DNA of 63,031 bases, the filler included, from Perkinsus chesapeaki ATCC PRA-425 (taxonomy: Eukaryota; Protista; Perkinsozoa): assembly GCA_013115145.1 (NCBI GenBank). It is 6 parts of 6 records of this genome, joined end to end, with 100 filler letters (N's around TTAATTAATTAA, not from the genome) between each part and the next. Parts side by side here need not be neighbours in the genome. Positions count along the whole stretch, not along the records: positions 1 to 18,635 come from JAAPAO010000658.1; 5 more parts are not named here. The stretch is one strand, 5' to 3'. The notes beneath the pieces are model-generated. The model was not told the origin of the DNA. It saw only the letters and a list, made by a program, of their open reading frames with translations, and made no database searches. The first letter of the stretch is position 1, and each line of letters starts with the position of its first letter. A program made the position numbers and the translations under genes. Below, piece after piece: positions 1 through 12,600 of this stretch.

Positions 1-1076
1 GCTGTTGATTCATGAGGAGTTTATGCATAGAGCTTGTAGCACTGGTCAAGGCACACAGAACTTGGATCACCTTCATGGTCTTTGGGTACTTCTCTTTCAT
101 GGAACTTGGTACGTAGCCCAAAGCCAACGTAGATTCGGTGAACTCGCAGAAAATCTTAACCAGGCCCGAGAGCTGCATGATCATCACAACGTAGGCGGCC
201 TTAACCTTAGGGTCATTCTCTGAGTCGGGGCTGTCAGCTTTAGCTGCACGCCATCGCTCTCGGGCGACCTTGAACTTCGTATAGTACAAGACGGCCGCTA
301 CCTGAACACAAAAGGATGGGACGGAATTCACTGCTCTGTTTAGGTAGATATAATTGACATCGACTGGATAGCTCTACTGCACACGTTATTCACGATAGAC
401 CCATAAGCGATTGAAAGAATATCAACAGAGTCAGCAGATAGAAAGAGAACGCCTGAAACGACGTCAGAGAGGGGTAATAGAGATAATAGATAGGACTGAG
501 AGAATTCTCATTATCATTAGCGATACACAGTATGATACTGGCAGTTTACTTTAACTGATGCTCGGCGGCGCTGCGGACAGTCCGTAGGCGCGATACAAGG
601 GGCGATACAATCCAGAGGAACAAGGCGGTAAGCGGGTAATGTGTACTTACGCCGCTCCACAACCACCATGCTTGATCTTCAAGTCTATCCAGTCGAGAGA
701 TGTTATTGAAGCCAAGTGCCCTCAGAAATCTTCCTTTCTGTAAGGTGTTCAAATCCTCTACCAAAAGCTGAACAAAGTCAACCCATTCCTCAAACTTGAT
801 ATAGCTGGCAGGTAGGTCTCCAACGGGCTCGACTTTACCGCCTAACTCCCGCAAGCTCTGCATAGACTTTCCGAATTTAATATATTTCCTTGCCATGGAC
901 AAGACCCGAGCGAAGGCCATGAGATCCTTCTCAGCTGGGTGTCCGGCCAAAGCCTGGAGCTTGCACAGGCTGCCGACAATCTTGAAGGTTTTATCTTTAA
1001 AATCTGTTTTATCCAGCAGACCTAACAACTGGTCCACGGAGAGAGAGGGTACGAGAGATGTCGGAGGGGATGTCAT
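1..1076 (-). CDS. PEX11: Peroxisomal biogenesis factor 11 (Pex11 family), 3' end runs off the window
   Basis: Exon 1 1076-651 (LLDKTDFKDKTFK, SMARKYIKFGK, typical Pex11 N-terminal motifs). GT donor at 650, CAG acceptor, then phase-0 exon 2 from 301 to <1 (VAAVLYYTKFK...LCALTSATSSMHKLL), a hydrophobic Pex11-like C-terminus. Confidence 0.75.
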
Positions 1077-2072
1077 AGGTAAAATGGGAGAGCCACAGAA
1101 CGCCTACGTAGAGTGAAGTAGAAGCATCCACAATGTATAGTATCCACAGTATAAATGTGATGACTCTTGAGATTTATCCATGATGAGTAGTATTAGATAT
1201 CCAGCGATGGCCACTAGTATAAGATACCTCTGTCAACAGTGAACAATCTTATGAAGTTAGGGATCCAACTGGTCTGGATTATCTTAAGCGTTGCCGTTTG
1301 GTGCTCACAATGAACAGATTACTGTTCCGCGACGGTTCTAGTCTCTTGAACCTTCGATTTGCCCGACAACTCTACGGCTACAAGTAGGCAACTCAGCGCC
1401 ACAGAGCGTATATACCGCTTCTCCATACGTACGCTTACTCGTCTGGGATTTTGCACCTTATGATTGTACGATTTCGAACTCGTGCGAGCAGGAGTGATGA
1501 TGGCGCAGATTGCGCCATAGCCTAGTAGGATCTAAATTTAATACGACTATTAACTAGATACACCTGCCGTTCCTCAGCTTTTGACAGATCCATGCCATTT
1601 CGTTAAAGCAAGGTGTAGGATGGGTTTGCACCACTGTTACAGTGCTGCAAGATGCTCATTTTACAAGCTCGGGCTCTTTACTATGTATTAAATATTGTTG
1701 GCAAATCAGTAATAGGTTAACATAACCGTCAAGTGCTGAATGCGTTCACCCACGAGGAGCATTTAGCACTTGATGCTCCTCGTGTCGCATCGGCGTGGAG
1801 TGCGACAAGGATAATTTGTTTAATAACGCACCAAAAATGCGACATGGGAATCGTTTGATGAGCGCAAGGGTTACCAAAATATTCGCCGAGATTAGTTTAT
1901 TCAACAGCGAGACTGTGTGCTCTATAATACAGCTTGACAATCGGAAACGATCGCAGCGCGGTTAGACCATCGTCACGCGCCGCGAAAATGACTTTTCGGA
2001 CCGCCGAGTGAGGGCACAAGTCGTAGCCTGTGATGTTTTCCAACTTTGCAAAGATTTTCATTTTTTGAAATA

Positions 2073-3261
2073 ATGTCACGTATACGATTGATGAAGGAAT
2101 TGAAGGAAGCTTCCCAGCATCCTAATCCAGACATTGATCTTGAGATAGTAGGAGGATCATTTGAGGATTGGGTGGCAGTAATAAGGCCTCCTAAAAGTGA
2201 TAAAGCGTATGGAGGTAATAAGGTGTGCTCAATAGACCGGTCACAACGGCCGTAGTAGTGGTTGAGAGCTACTCAATATAGTCATTCCATAACCATTGTA
2301 TCTAAGGTTTAAGGCTACTATAGAAGGTTACGTATTATTTTACGGGGAGCTCAAAGTACTGCTGCTAAGTGATTTGGCTATTGTGTATTACGTCGGATTA
2401 TAGTACAGCCTTCTGTTATATCACACAGTAGGGGTCGCCACAGCTAGTAGTAATATTTAATGAACATCAGTAGTTAAATGCATATTAAGATTAATCTACT
2501 CGTAAGATAAGATATTTTTTAATCTGGGAACCCCTGAGGAGCTTCAGTCTGCCTATGGACAATTTCAGTAGACTGAGATCCATTTCCCAGTTGAGAGCGA
2601 TCCTTGCGATCACACTGCGGTGTAGACACATAGGACAGGCTTCATATGTAACACACAGTTATTTCAATATCTATCAGCCAATTAAACCTTTCCTACGGGA
2701 TGTGTTCTGGGTCGATTCTGTGGTGTACGGGGAGTGTCTCAGGGGTCACATATTCCTTACGGTGTAGGTGGGAGCTTCGTACTGCATTTGCAGTGTGGGC
2801 CGATGTATCCTATAGAGCCTCCTAAGGTAACAATGGTCACCAAGATATTTCACCCTAATGTTAACTACAAAACGGGGGAGATATGTCTGGATATCCTAAA
2901 GAGGGATGTAAGGCATGCTTAACATTCAATTTTGACAATACAGCTTTTCAGGGGTGGTCCCCAGCTTGGACACTAACTTACGTTTGCATGGCTATATTGT
3001 CCCTTCTTGCCGAGCCTAATGCCGACAGCCCTCTCAATTGTGATGCGGGCAATCTGCTTCGTAATAGCCCGTTGCATTCTTCATCTATTACGTTTGTTAG
3101 GTAATGGCGACCGAAGAGGCTTCAACTCTTTAGCGCACATGTAAGTGAAATGAAGCGCTGTATGCTCTGTTATTGCCTAACCCAGGTACACCATGGAGAA
3201 TTCTACTAAGGAGGATGCAATCAGGGACCGGCAGAAGCTGGTCAATTCTATATGTGCCTGA
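2073..3261 (+). CDS. PEX4: Peroxin-4-type ubiquitin-conjugating enzyme E2
   Basis: Five exons (2073-2214, 2768-2907, 2952-3060, 3101-3140, 3186-3261), all GT-AG. The spliced protein has IFHPNVNYKTGEICLDILK, WSPAWTL and DSPLNCDAGNLLRNGDRRGFNSLAHMYT, closely matching plant PEX4/UBC21 motifs as recalled. Confidence 0.88.
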
Positions 3262-3380
3262 AAGACCACTTGTCTAGTTACTACATTTCAATTTGTATTA
3301 TTATTTAGGAGTAAAGCATTCACCAAGGGACAGGTGTTGTGTTGGTATTAGTGGTATTGGTTATGTTGTAGTTCACCGTA

Positions 3381-4602
3381 ATGGCCCCTGGCTTGAATAC
3401 TGCCGTTCGGAGAGGGTTTATGAATATCACTACAGCAGCAACAACAACAGCCAACAAGATCACCAGTGACGTGCTGGTGCTCTGTGGACCTAGTGGTAGT
3501 ACAATATGGCCAAAGGAAGGGTCCATTACACTCCAATTACCGCTGGGAAATTTGTTAACATTTCGCGGGATGCTCGGATTTCACGGGATGATGATTTTTC
3601 CCATCCGAATACGCTCGAGGCTATTCACCGGACTCAGCTCTACGATTTGTTGGATGGCACGCTATAGATGATTCGCTCTTAGTGCTTTGGCGAAGCACTG
3701 GAAGATGCTCTTGAAAAGCGGAGCAGCTTCGCTGTTCGAGAGCATTCTCCTTAGCAAAATATAGGGTATCATGAATTCCTAGACAGCACGCCAGCTCAGT
3801 CCCTTCTGCTCCGCTTCAGGTGCAGGGAAGTCGACGTTGATCAAGCGGTTGCTGAAGGAGTAACGGTAGCCGCTCATATTCCCCACACCGCTTCGCCATT
3901 CTTCAGCTTTCCCGGCCGTTTCGGCTTTAGTGTGTCCCATACGACTCGTAGCATCCGGCCAGGAGAGATCAACGGGAAATCGTATAACTTCATAGACAGG
4001 TCGCCCCGCTCGCCTTGACCGGTAGCTGTTACTGTTCCTGCCCTACAGGCCGACCATGGAGGCCGAGATCGTTCGTGGTGAGTTTATTGAGCATGCTGAA
4101 GTCCACGGTAATTTATATGGTACCTCGAAGACCGGTGTGAGGGAGGTAAGCAGTCATGACTGGGGGTGCAAAGGACCATCGCCGTAGTAGGTACTGGCCC
4201 ATGGTGAGATCTGCATCCTGGATATCGATGTCCAAGGGGTTGAGTCTATTAAGTCGTCGAAGGACCTTGGCTTCAATCCGGCGTATGTTTTCATATCGCC
4301 GCCTAGTCTACAGGTCCTTGAAAAGGTAAGGACTTTGGGGACTAGTTAAGAGGGGTACGGTTACTATTGGCAGCGACTGCGGGACCGTAACACTGAAACC
4401 GAAGAGGCGATACAGAAACGATTGACAACTGCACGAAAGGAAATGACGTAACAGAAGGCCCTTTGGTCTGATGGACCAACAGCTCCATCACAGGTACAGA
4501 GATCGCCCAAGATTCTGGGACTTGGTTCTCATCAATGATGACCTTGATAAGTGCTATAGTAAATTGAAGGCCTTCGTGGAGTCCCATTGTGATGTGCAGT
4601 AG
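3381..4602 (+). CDS. GUK1: Guanylate kinase
   Basis: P-loop split by an intron (VLCGPSG|[11 protein letters not shown]; donor 3496, acceptor 3819). Further exons give [47 protein letters not shown] and INDDLDKCY; stop TAG at 4600-4602. Confidence 0.95.
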
Positions 4603-4774
4603 TAATGCCGATATGAAGGACTTGTCCGGCGGTGGCTGCTGCTGCTGCTGTTGCTATCAAGTGTAGCCATTCCTCTTCCTCCTCCCCTTGTACGTAGTTA
4701 TACTGAGGTTTCCTCCTAGACACCACTGAGGTGGATGCCGAGTTATAGTTGTGAATCTGCTGTAGTGGTTGAAT

Positions 4775-7700
4775 ATGCCAAAGCCGAAGCCAGGGGAAAT
4801 CTATCAACCACATGATGGTTGGTCTATAAGGGCGTGCAAGGCACCAAGACAGGTCTGGCTCCTAGGATGCCTGGGATACCTTTAACCGATAGGTCACACC
4901 GATGGACCAGGCAGCGAGCGCTGTGATCTCTCAAGGACATGGTCGATCTGGTCTGCCTGGGACTGCTACTGACAGCGCGTCAGCTGGGGACCATGCCTAC
5001 TGGGGATTGCGCAGGCTGCAGCCGACTATCACTCCTCAGGGGGACATGCTCTTCGATAGGGTATGAAGGTGATCACGGTTTGGCTGCCAGAGGCGGGCTT
5101 TAGGACCGCCAGGTTGCCCTGTCGAGGCTGTGGGGCTGGATGTCAGACAGGTTCTCCGAAATAATGCGCAAGCATACCAGACCAGGGAGGGTGGAAGTGA
5201 TAGAGTGAGCCAATTTGGTGACCAGTCTCCCACGCTCCTTCTTAGTGCACTAACACAGAGGGATGATGATTATTACACTCTGGGCTACAATAACAGGGTT
5301 AAGACTATAGTGGGCACGGCAGGGGCATCCTCGTCTGACAGAGCTTATGTCTTCAAGCAGCTCCAGAAGGTCCGGCCGGTGCGGTACTGATGACCATCTC
5401 TTATCTCTCAGGCCTTTTGTGAGAAAGAAGTAACCCCGTATCAAGTGCTGCTGCATCGATCGGACCTCTGCAGTCTGGAGACTGCTGTAGGTGCCCACAC
5501 TCGTCCGCATCGACGAGCATGTCCTACTCCCAGATAAAACGTATTGTCAGTCGCCTTTTGTCGGCCGACAGCGCACCAGCGTCGGCGAGCCCGACGTCCG
5601 GCTCGGCAGCAGCAGCAGCAGCAGCGGCCTCTACAACTGCCACGCCGATCAGGCGGGTTCGATCCCAGGCTAAGACACCTAGTACTTAAGTTCGCTGTAT
5701 ACTTTTCATACCGCTCCTTTCACAGATACTGCCCGAAGGGAGAACAATGTGGATTACAGCGACGACTCTGATGAGGAAAGTTCCAAGTCCGTAGCTGGGC
5801 TCTGTGGTATAGCATGGCCGTCGCCGCCGCTGCAGATACGTCGGCAAGGGCCGAGGCGGAGGGGTTCCACTGCCCCTATCGGTCAGCGAAGCGGTCCTAG
5901 GACTACTTCCCAAGGACTTTAACGATCTCAGTATTCTACGGGAATGGTATAAGTCAACGGTCCACATGTAGGGTGATGATGAAGTGGTGGAAGTAGTGGG
6001 TAGCTCGGGATCAGGCAGAAGATTGCACCGATAGTCGTCATGGTAGAGGACGCCGATGCCTCCGACATCTCCACTCTGGGGGCTTTAATGAAACTAATGG
6101 TTAACCTGGTTGGTATCTTCTACTTCCCACATGCTCTACTGCCGACCTCAGGTCGGTGCCGAGTACGATGGTAGGCCCGGCCGGGCAGCGGCCTTGCCGT
6201 TGAGTATCATCCTCGGGGTCTCTGGCGTCAGTGCCTCCGACGGTGGTCTCATGGATCTCATCAGCGACCTTCGCCAAGACCTAGAACTCCACGAGATACC
6301 GCTACTAGACAGTAAGCTGCACCCACCGCCGCGCCCCAGAGTGTTGTCAGGTAAAGCGGTCTTTGACTCTTTCATAGACTTGCTTGAAATCAGCATGCCT
6401 GCCCTCGGTTTCCCTTTAATAGTCTCTAAAGGCACCATAGCGGCACTACGGGACATGTTCATCAACTCCACTATGTGCAATGAGGTCCCCACATACCATT
6501 CGCCATCATTAAATAATCGTTATAGGATATCTTGAGGTCGATATGTTACATCGTACGAGACTACTTCGACACCAACCCATGGGCAGTCCTCTGTGATCCA
6601 TCCGTTGTAATGAAAGCAGCCGGCGATGGTGAGCTGAGAGGGGCAGTGGGGCTCGAAGAGGAGGATCACCGCAGCACTTTTATAGGTTTGATATTCTTCA
6701 GTTCGACTTGTCCGTTATAACATTATTGATCATTGAATTCCCTCAACGTGCTAGCTCTCGGCTCAGGCACCACTTTAACCGCACAGTTTGCCTCCAGAGT
6801 AGCGGGCCTTAGTGAGGCTGCGAAGAGTATGCTGGCTGCACATTTGAAGCAGGAAGGGTGCAAGGGCTATACTCGACCAGATGGCACGCTGGACGAGGCC
6901 AAGGCTTGCAACCATCTCGGAACACTCTTGGGGTAGGGGAATGCCCTCCACTGTGGGTGATGTGGCTCCTGCAGGCAGCGGAGTCGTGTGGCCAGCCTTG
7001 CCCTATTCTGGGATGCACTTACTCGGACAACTGCGAAGAAGTCTATTGAAAGGTCGGCATCATCCGAAGCTGGTTATCACTTCCCGTTTCGATTAGGTCC
7101 GTTCGCATGGAACCGCTGCTGTTCCCGGATAGCATCACCAGCCTCAACAACGACATCAGTCGGATGTGTATTGCAGTCGAGAAGCTGGCTGCAATGACAA
7201 CATCGACCTTCAATACCACTTTGGAGAGGACCTCTACTTGGTACTACCGCTCTCACCGCTACGGCTCTAACTTCGACTATGATAGGTTGGAGAAGTCATT
7301 CCGATGTCTGCCGGCAGAGTGCCTCGATGGCAATGCTGGCACTGATCTGGAGGATATAATAATGGCTTTGAAAGACATACAAGATACGATGGTCAGTACT
7401 GCCATACAGAAGTTTATTTCTAATCGCACCTTTTAGGGTTCCAGCGGCCGAGCAGTACCGAATGCTGGTAGGAAACCCTCTTTCCGCTTACCATATCAGC
7501 TTGCTCTGCTAGGCCTCTCGAAGAGCGTCACGGCTCTCCTCAACTTTATAAGGCGAACCTTTGACGGCGCTATTGTCCCTGATGAGTAAGCCACTGCTCC
7601 TCATCCGCTGTCTACAGCCTTCTCACTCGGTAGACTATCACGGCTCTGCACATCTGTTTGCGTTTGGAATGACCATGAGGGCCTTGCAAAGTGAGACCAC

Positions 7701-8572
7701 ACTCGTCACTCCAGAGTGCAATCGGGTGGTCGACAGGACCTGCTTGAACGTTCTCGATGTCGATGTCTTCTTCAACTCCCTCTGGGACTCGGATGCCATC
7801 ACCGCCCCAGATGGCCGAAAGATTGATGTAGAAGACGTCACTCGAGAGTAGGGAGACTATGCTCGACTAGCACTAGTTGGCTGAGCTCAGTTCGAAAGGG
7901 AAGCTGCCGGTGGGGTACACCGAGGACCTTAGCGACCTCACCATAGTGTAAGCTTACCAAACGTTTTGGAAAGCCGCCACTTAGAAACGCTCCAGATATC
8001 GCCTTTACCTGCAGCACGCCCGCACGATAGACCTAGAGGACCTCTGGAGCAGATTCTGTTCCGAGCTGCAGAAGAACGAGGACCCCGTCCCCAGCCCAGA
8101 GGACATGCAGGTAGGCGGTGTTGCTACGGATCCTCTGGCAGGTTCCGTGAGCAGGTCCGATTCGGGATGTGCCTTTGCACGTTGGAGTTCCTCGGAGCCA
8201 TACAGTCCCCAAGCCGAGGGTCGCTAATGAAGGGCCAAGACCCAAGCTGCTTCTACAAGTGAGAGGCTGTTGCACTGGGTTATGTTGCAGCATATCCGTG
8301 GCAGGGGTCTGCGGGTTAAAAAACTATACTTTCCCGATGCGCATGCGAAGATTCAGAAAGGCCCTACCGTGGAGACTGTGGAAGAAGCTCCGGGTGATGA
8401 GAACGACGGTGATGACACAGGTTGCACCCGAGACGCTGCCTCACTGAGGGTGGAAGTATCGGTTTCAGACCCCAAGTCTGCTGCTAAGCGGAAACGTAGT
8501 GCTGCGCCGAAGAAGGCAGCTGCGAAGAAGAGCGCCAAGCGGGGGAGAGCCGCGAAAATAGTCTACATTTAA
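4775..8572 (+). CDS. ORC3: Origin recognition complex subunit 3-like (multi-exon, divergent)
   Basis: Ordered motifs resembling ORC3: VTPYQVLLHRSDLCSLETAIKRIVSRLL, LSILREWY, PIVVMVEDAD, LPLSIILGV, FPLIVSKGTIAALRDMF, YFDTNPWAVLC, and winged-helix-like RFGMCLCTLEFLGAIQ...VKKLYF. Basic Lys/Ala tail. Exon boundaries only partly resolved. Confidence 0.7.
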
Positions 8573-8576
8573 TTGC

Positions 8577-9387
8577 ATGCCAAACTCAACCATTAACAAT
8601 TTCTTACCTGACAGTATTGAGCACCGAGTTGGGAAGGATTACTACCAATATCACCGCAGGGAGACGGTTGTGTCTCTGATACATGTCATATCGACCGTAC
8701 AAGAGACGGCGTGGTGTCGATCTGCGGCCAATGTCTGCTGACGCTGGAAACGGCCAATTCTGCGTGGGACATCATTTCCTCACGGTGGAGATTTGCATAC
8801 TAATGCCCTGGTATAGGTCAACCACCTGGCCGTTAGCGCTCCAGCATCATGCCAGGCCTCGGTGCCAGGCTTCAGGGATTCAAGGTTCAGATCGAGGCCG
8901 CCTTCCCACCAGACCATCGATGTGAGCCACACTTGGCGACTCACCTTACCGGTACCGCAGATACCTCTACCGCCCGTGGTGTGTCGGCCAGACCAGCTGC
9001 AGTGGCTTGCTAAGCGAGCCGATCCGGCACTTATGTAGGGATTGGCCGCCGCTGAGTTGGCCTCCATGGTTCGATGGATCAGAATAGCAAAGCGAGTGGC
9101 CACGCTGGTTAGCTTGACCGAGGATGGAGGTTTCGATGCCCGTGGCATTCTGCTGGAAATGCAAGGTGAGTAATTCTGTCACAGAGCATGTGTTTTGTTC
9201 ATATTCAGAGCCCATGAGTGACCCTGAATACAGGAAGCTAGAGGGGCTGGACTACCCACCGGTTATCGAACCCAAAATGGCGGAGAAGCCCAGACGATGG
9301 AATCTCGCACGAAGGTTAGCAATCGAGGCAGCAACCTCCCAAGCAGTATGGGAGAAGCTCCGTACCAAATTGACCATATGCTTTTGA
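8577..9387 (+). CDS. Hypothetical spliced gene
   Basis: Several plausible exons bounded by GT/AG, ending EPMSDPEYRKLEG...TICF*. Start and product not resolved. Confidence 0.35.
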
Positions 9388-9655
9388 TGAACGTTTAATG
9401 CCAGACTGTAACACGCCCAAGCAGAGAACCCTAACGTTCAACTTCCCTAGGCTGCCGTCGTGGTGGCGGGGTAGCTCGAGAGCCGGCCAGGTAGCGCCGC
9501 CTGCGAAGCTTTTCAGAGACCGATGAACATCATGTTAATATACAGTTGTGAATCACGTTGTGGTTTGTTCACGAGCATCTGTTGCTCTTTGTTGAGTTCG
9601 TTTCGGGAGTTAACTGGTACGAACACAACTGCTCGATCTAGTCGAGGAAACATCA

Positions 9656-12600
9656 TCATCCTGCAGTGACTTCCCAGTCTCTGATTTCATTGCGATCGTA
9701 GTTAGGATCAATGAAGGGCATGAACAGGGAGTCCGTCAAGTTGTGCCCACAGATGAAGCAGTCGGCCGCTGGGTCCTTGGCGGCTTCCGAACCGTCCTGA
9801 AAGATGCGTAGATGCCACCAGCGTTGGGGATGACGTACCTTGGATGCGGCCATCACCGACATTGCTTCCTTAAGGCAATCCTTGTGCATCGCATGACCAC
9901 ACAGGAAGGCGTAGAACGGACGGGAGTATATAATTTGACGGCAAAGATCACACCTGACAGTTGAGTTAGAAAGTACCGTGGAGCAAGCAAGCTAACCTTT
10001 GCATCTGAGACAGTATGACGCAGCGTCCGAGGCCTCCCTCGACGTTGCTCCCATCACTCGGCCCGCTCCCAAAGTCCCGCTCGACCGCCTAAAGTGAGAG
10101 TGGCAAGACCAGTCCGCCAAGTGAGAGGTACGTCCATCGTCTTCTTGTGTTGCTCTAAGTCCATATTGAGCATATGAATTTCCGTCTCGTATCTGCACGG
10201 GGCAATCAGCCAGGCAGTTTGGGAGCCTCGATTCTCACTGGTCCAAGCTCTTCTCAATCTCGGTTCTGAACATCCCCAGTGTGGCGCCGTTCGCGCTGTT
10301 AACTGGTATTGAGTTCAGCACATCAGCTATGGTGAGGACCTGGTGCCCTCCAAGCAGTTGGAAGATACGCGATGAAAAGAAACCTACGCCGTCTGATTCC
10401 CTGTAGAGCTTCAAGAGGCAATCCATGTCACTCTTCTTCGCCTCGTAGCTCAGGATAGAGAGCCAGAGCTTCCTCTTGCCAGACTTGCTCGATCGACATC
10501 TACGGGTTTCAATGACACAAGAAGACGACAGGTACCACTACCTTTTGGCATCGTGAATGGCCAAGTCAAGATCATCATGATCGAGAGCAACATCAACAGC
10601 GAGCTTGTACTGCCCTACTAGGCCGTATCTGGGAGCACTCACATGTCATAAGTGTCGGAAGACTCTATAAGGCAGCAGCCTACGCAACCGTGAGGGCTCT
10701 GGTTTTGCCCATAGTGTAACACGTTCGCAACGCAAATGTGACATCGAAGTGGGGCATCTCGCCTTGGGTTCTGATGTACCTTAAAAGATGCTATAGCTAA
10801 CAGACATCTTCTTTCGGAAATCCTACCGGCAAAGTTCTTGTTCTTCTCCGGTAGGGTCGGGCGCCATCGCCTTCAACTGAGTGAGGAGGTTCATGAGCCC
10901 AGTCCAACTCGATGAATCACCACCAACGAGCTGCATGATATGCGGGAGACCTGACCGCTCACGTCGTGATGGCTCTTGTGCTACTCTTCCGGCCTCCTTA
11001 CGATTTCCACCGGGAGAACAGCAGCAATAGGTCAAGTACTCGGTGGCCGAGGCCTGTCGATCCTAGCCACGAATGATGGAACGCAGACTTGATCTTTGAG
11101 ATCGTACTTCTGAGTTGCCTCCGGGCAGGAGTGCTACTCGGAAGGCTGGAAGTAGCCTTCGGGGGTCGACAGTCTGCCAGCCTCCTCCACCACCAGAGGA
11201 CGGAACTGTCGTCATTACATACTCGACGAACTGCCGCGGATGCAAACGAAAGAGAACTGGGGCGAACCTGTTAGGCGGCAAATGACACACCGGCAGGCTT
11301 GTCTGCCCGGCCTACTCGCATATTAAATCATCGCGCTCCTTAGTAGCATCATAACGATACAACTGCTCCAGCGCCTGATGCAAAAGAAAGGATGACGCAA
11401 AACCAGGAGGAGGATGGGGACTCTTACCCTTTCGGTCTGTCCCCGAGACACCATAGTTTCAACCGCCTTCCTCATGTCACCGAGGCACTCCGCAACGAGG
11501 ACTGTAGAGTCGTAGAGGCCATTAGACTCCAGCAACTTGTACAACTGAGCACGATAAGGGAATCTGCCTTACTCGAGGGAAAGGAGCCGCCGCTCTACCG
11601 CCTGGATGCATGACGGATCTACGTGAGGTTGGCAGAGTCGGACCAAGTCGATTAGCTCTCGTTGCAACAGGGCTGCTTGATCCTTGTTGTCCCTCGGGTC
11701 CTCGGCGAAGGCTTTGCTCAGAAGGAGGGAGTATCTGGAGTAACAAGCGACCTGCCACTAGAGGGGACGTAACGGCTTACATTTGACCTGCCCATAGAAA
11801 CAGAACTGGCACCTGTATGCCGGACTTGTGGGCTCGGCGGCCAGAGGAGAGCAGCCACCGAATGAGCGATGTGACGTAGCTCAACTAACACGAGGAATAG
11901 AATTTCTACGCGGTGGAGGGTCACCGACCAGAGCTCGATGCTGTCCCTTGGAGATGAATGCCAGACAGACCTCCTCGAAGGAGACAGCGCTTGTGCCGGC
12001 AGTGGCGAATTTGTCCGCAGCAGTGGGATAGTCGGCCTTTTGGAACAGAGCCTGGGAAGTATAGAAGCGTGGGGTGGAAGATTCTAAGGTGATGGCTACC
12101 TCGGCCTCTGCCCCGATGACTAGGGACTTGTCCAACGGATTAGGAGCTACCTTTAAGGCCTCTGTGAAGCGTTTTTGGGACACCAGTTGCCGCCAGACCT
12201 GAAGATGGGCCATAGGATTACCAAGGGAAGATGGATGAGACCTGATCCTGCTCGTTGTTGAAGTGAAGCTCATAGACCCTTCGGTCGCTATAGAGGGTTA
12301 TCTCAGTGGAATTGTGAGGCTGCACCAGCAACGACCGGACCTACAATGCGGGTGCGTCGGGAATGCTGACTCGGTAGGTTACATTCCCATATTGAGCACT
12401 CGGTAGGTTGAGAGAGCACACGACGTCAAAGGGGGCGATCCTCGATACCGCAACTATCCGGGACGAATACAGAAGCACTATGTGATATCTAGGGCAGCAG
12501 CAGATGCACGCATAGACAGCCAGGCGGTGAGGAGGCCTACTTGGTGGGGGCGCACGCTCTGGGGTGCTGTGAGCTACTTGTAGTGGTGCCGTGCTCGGTC

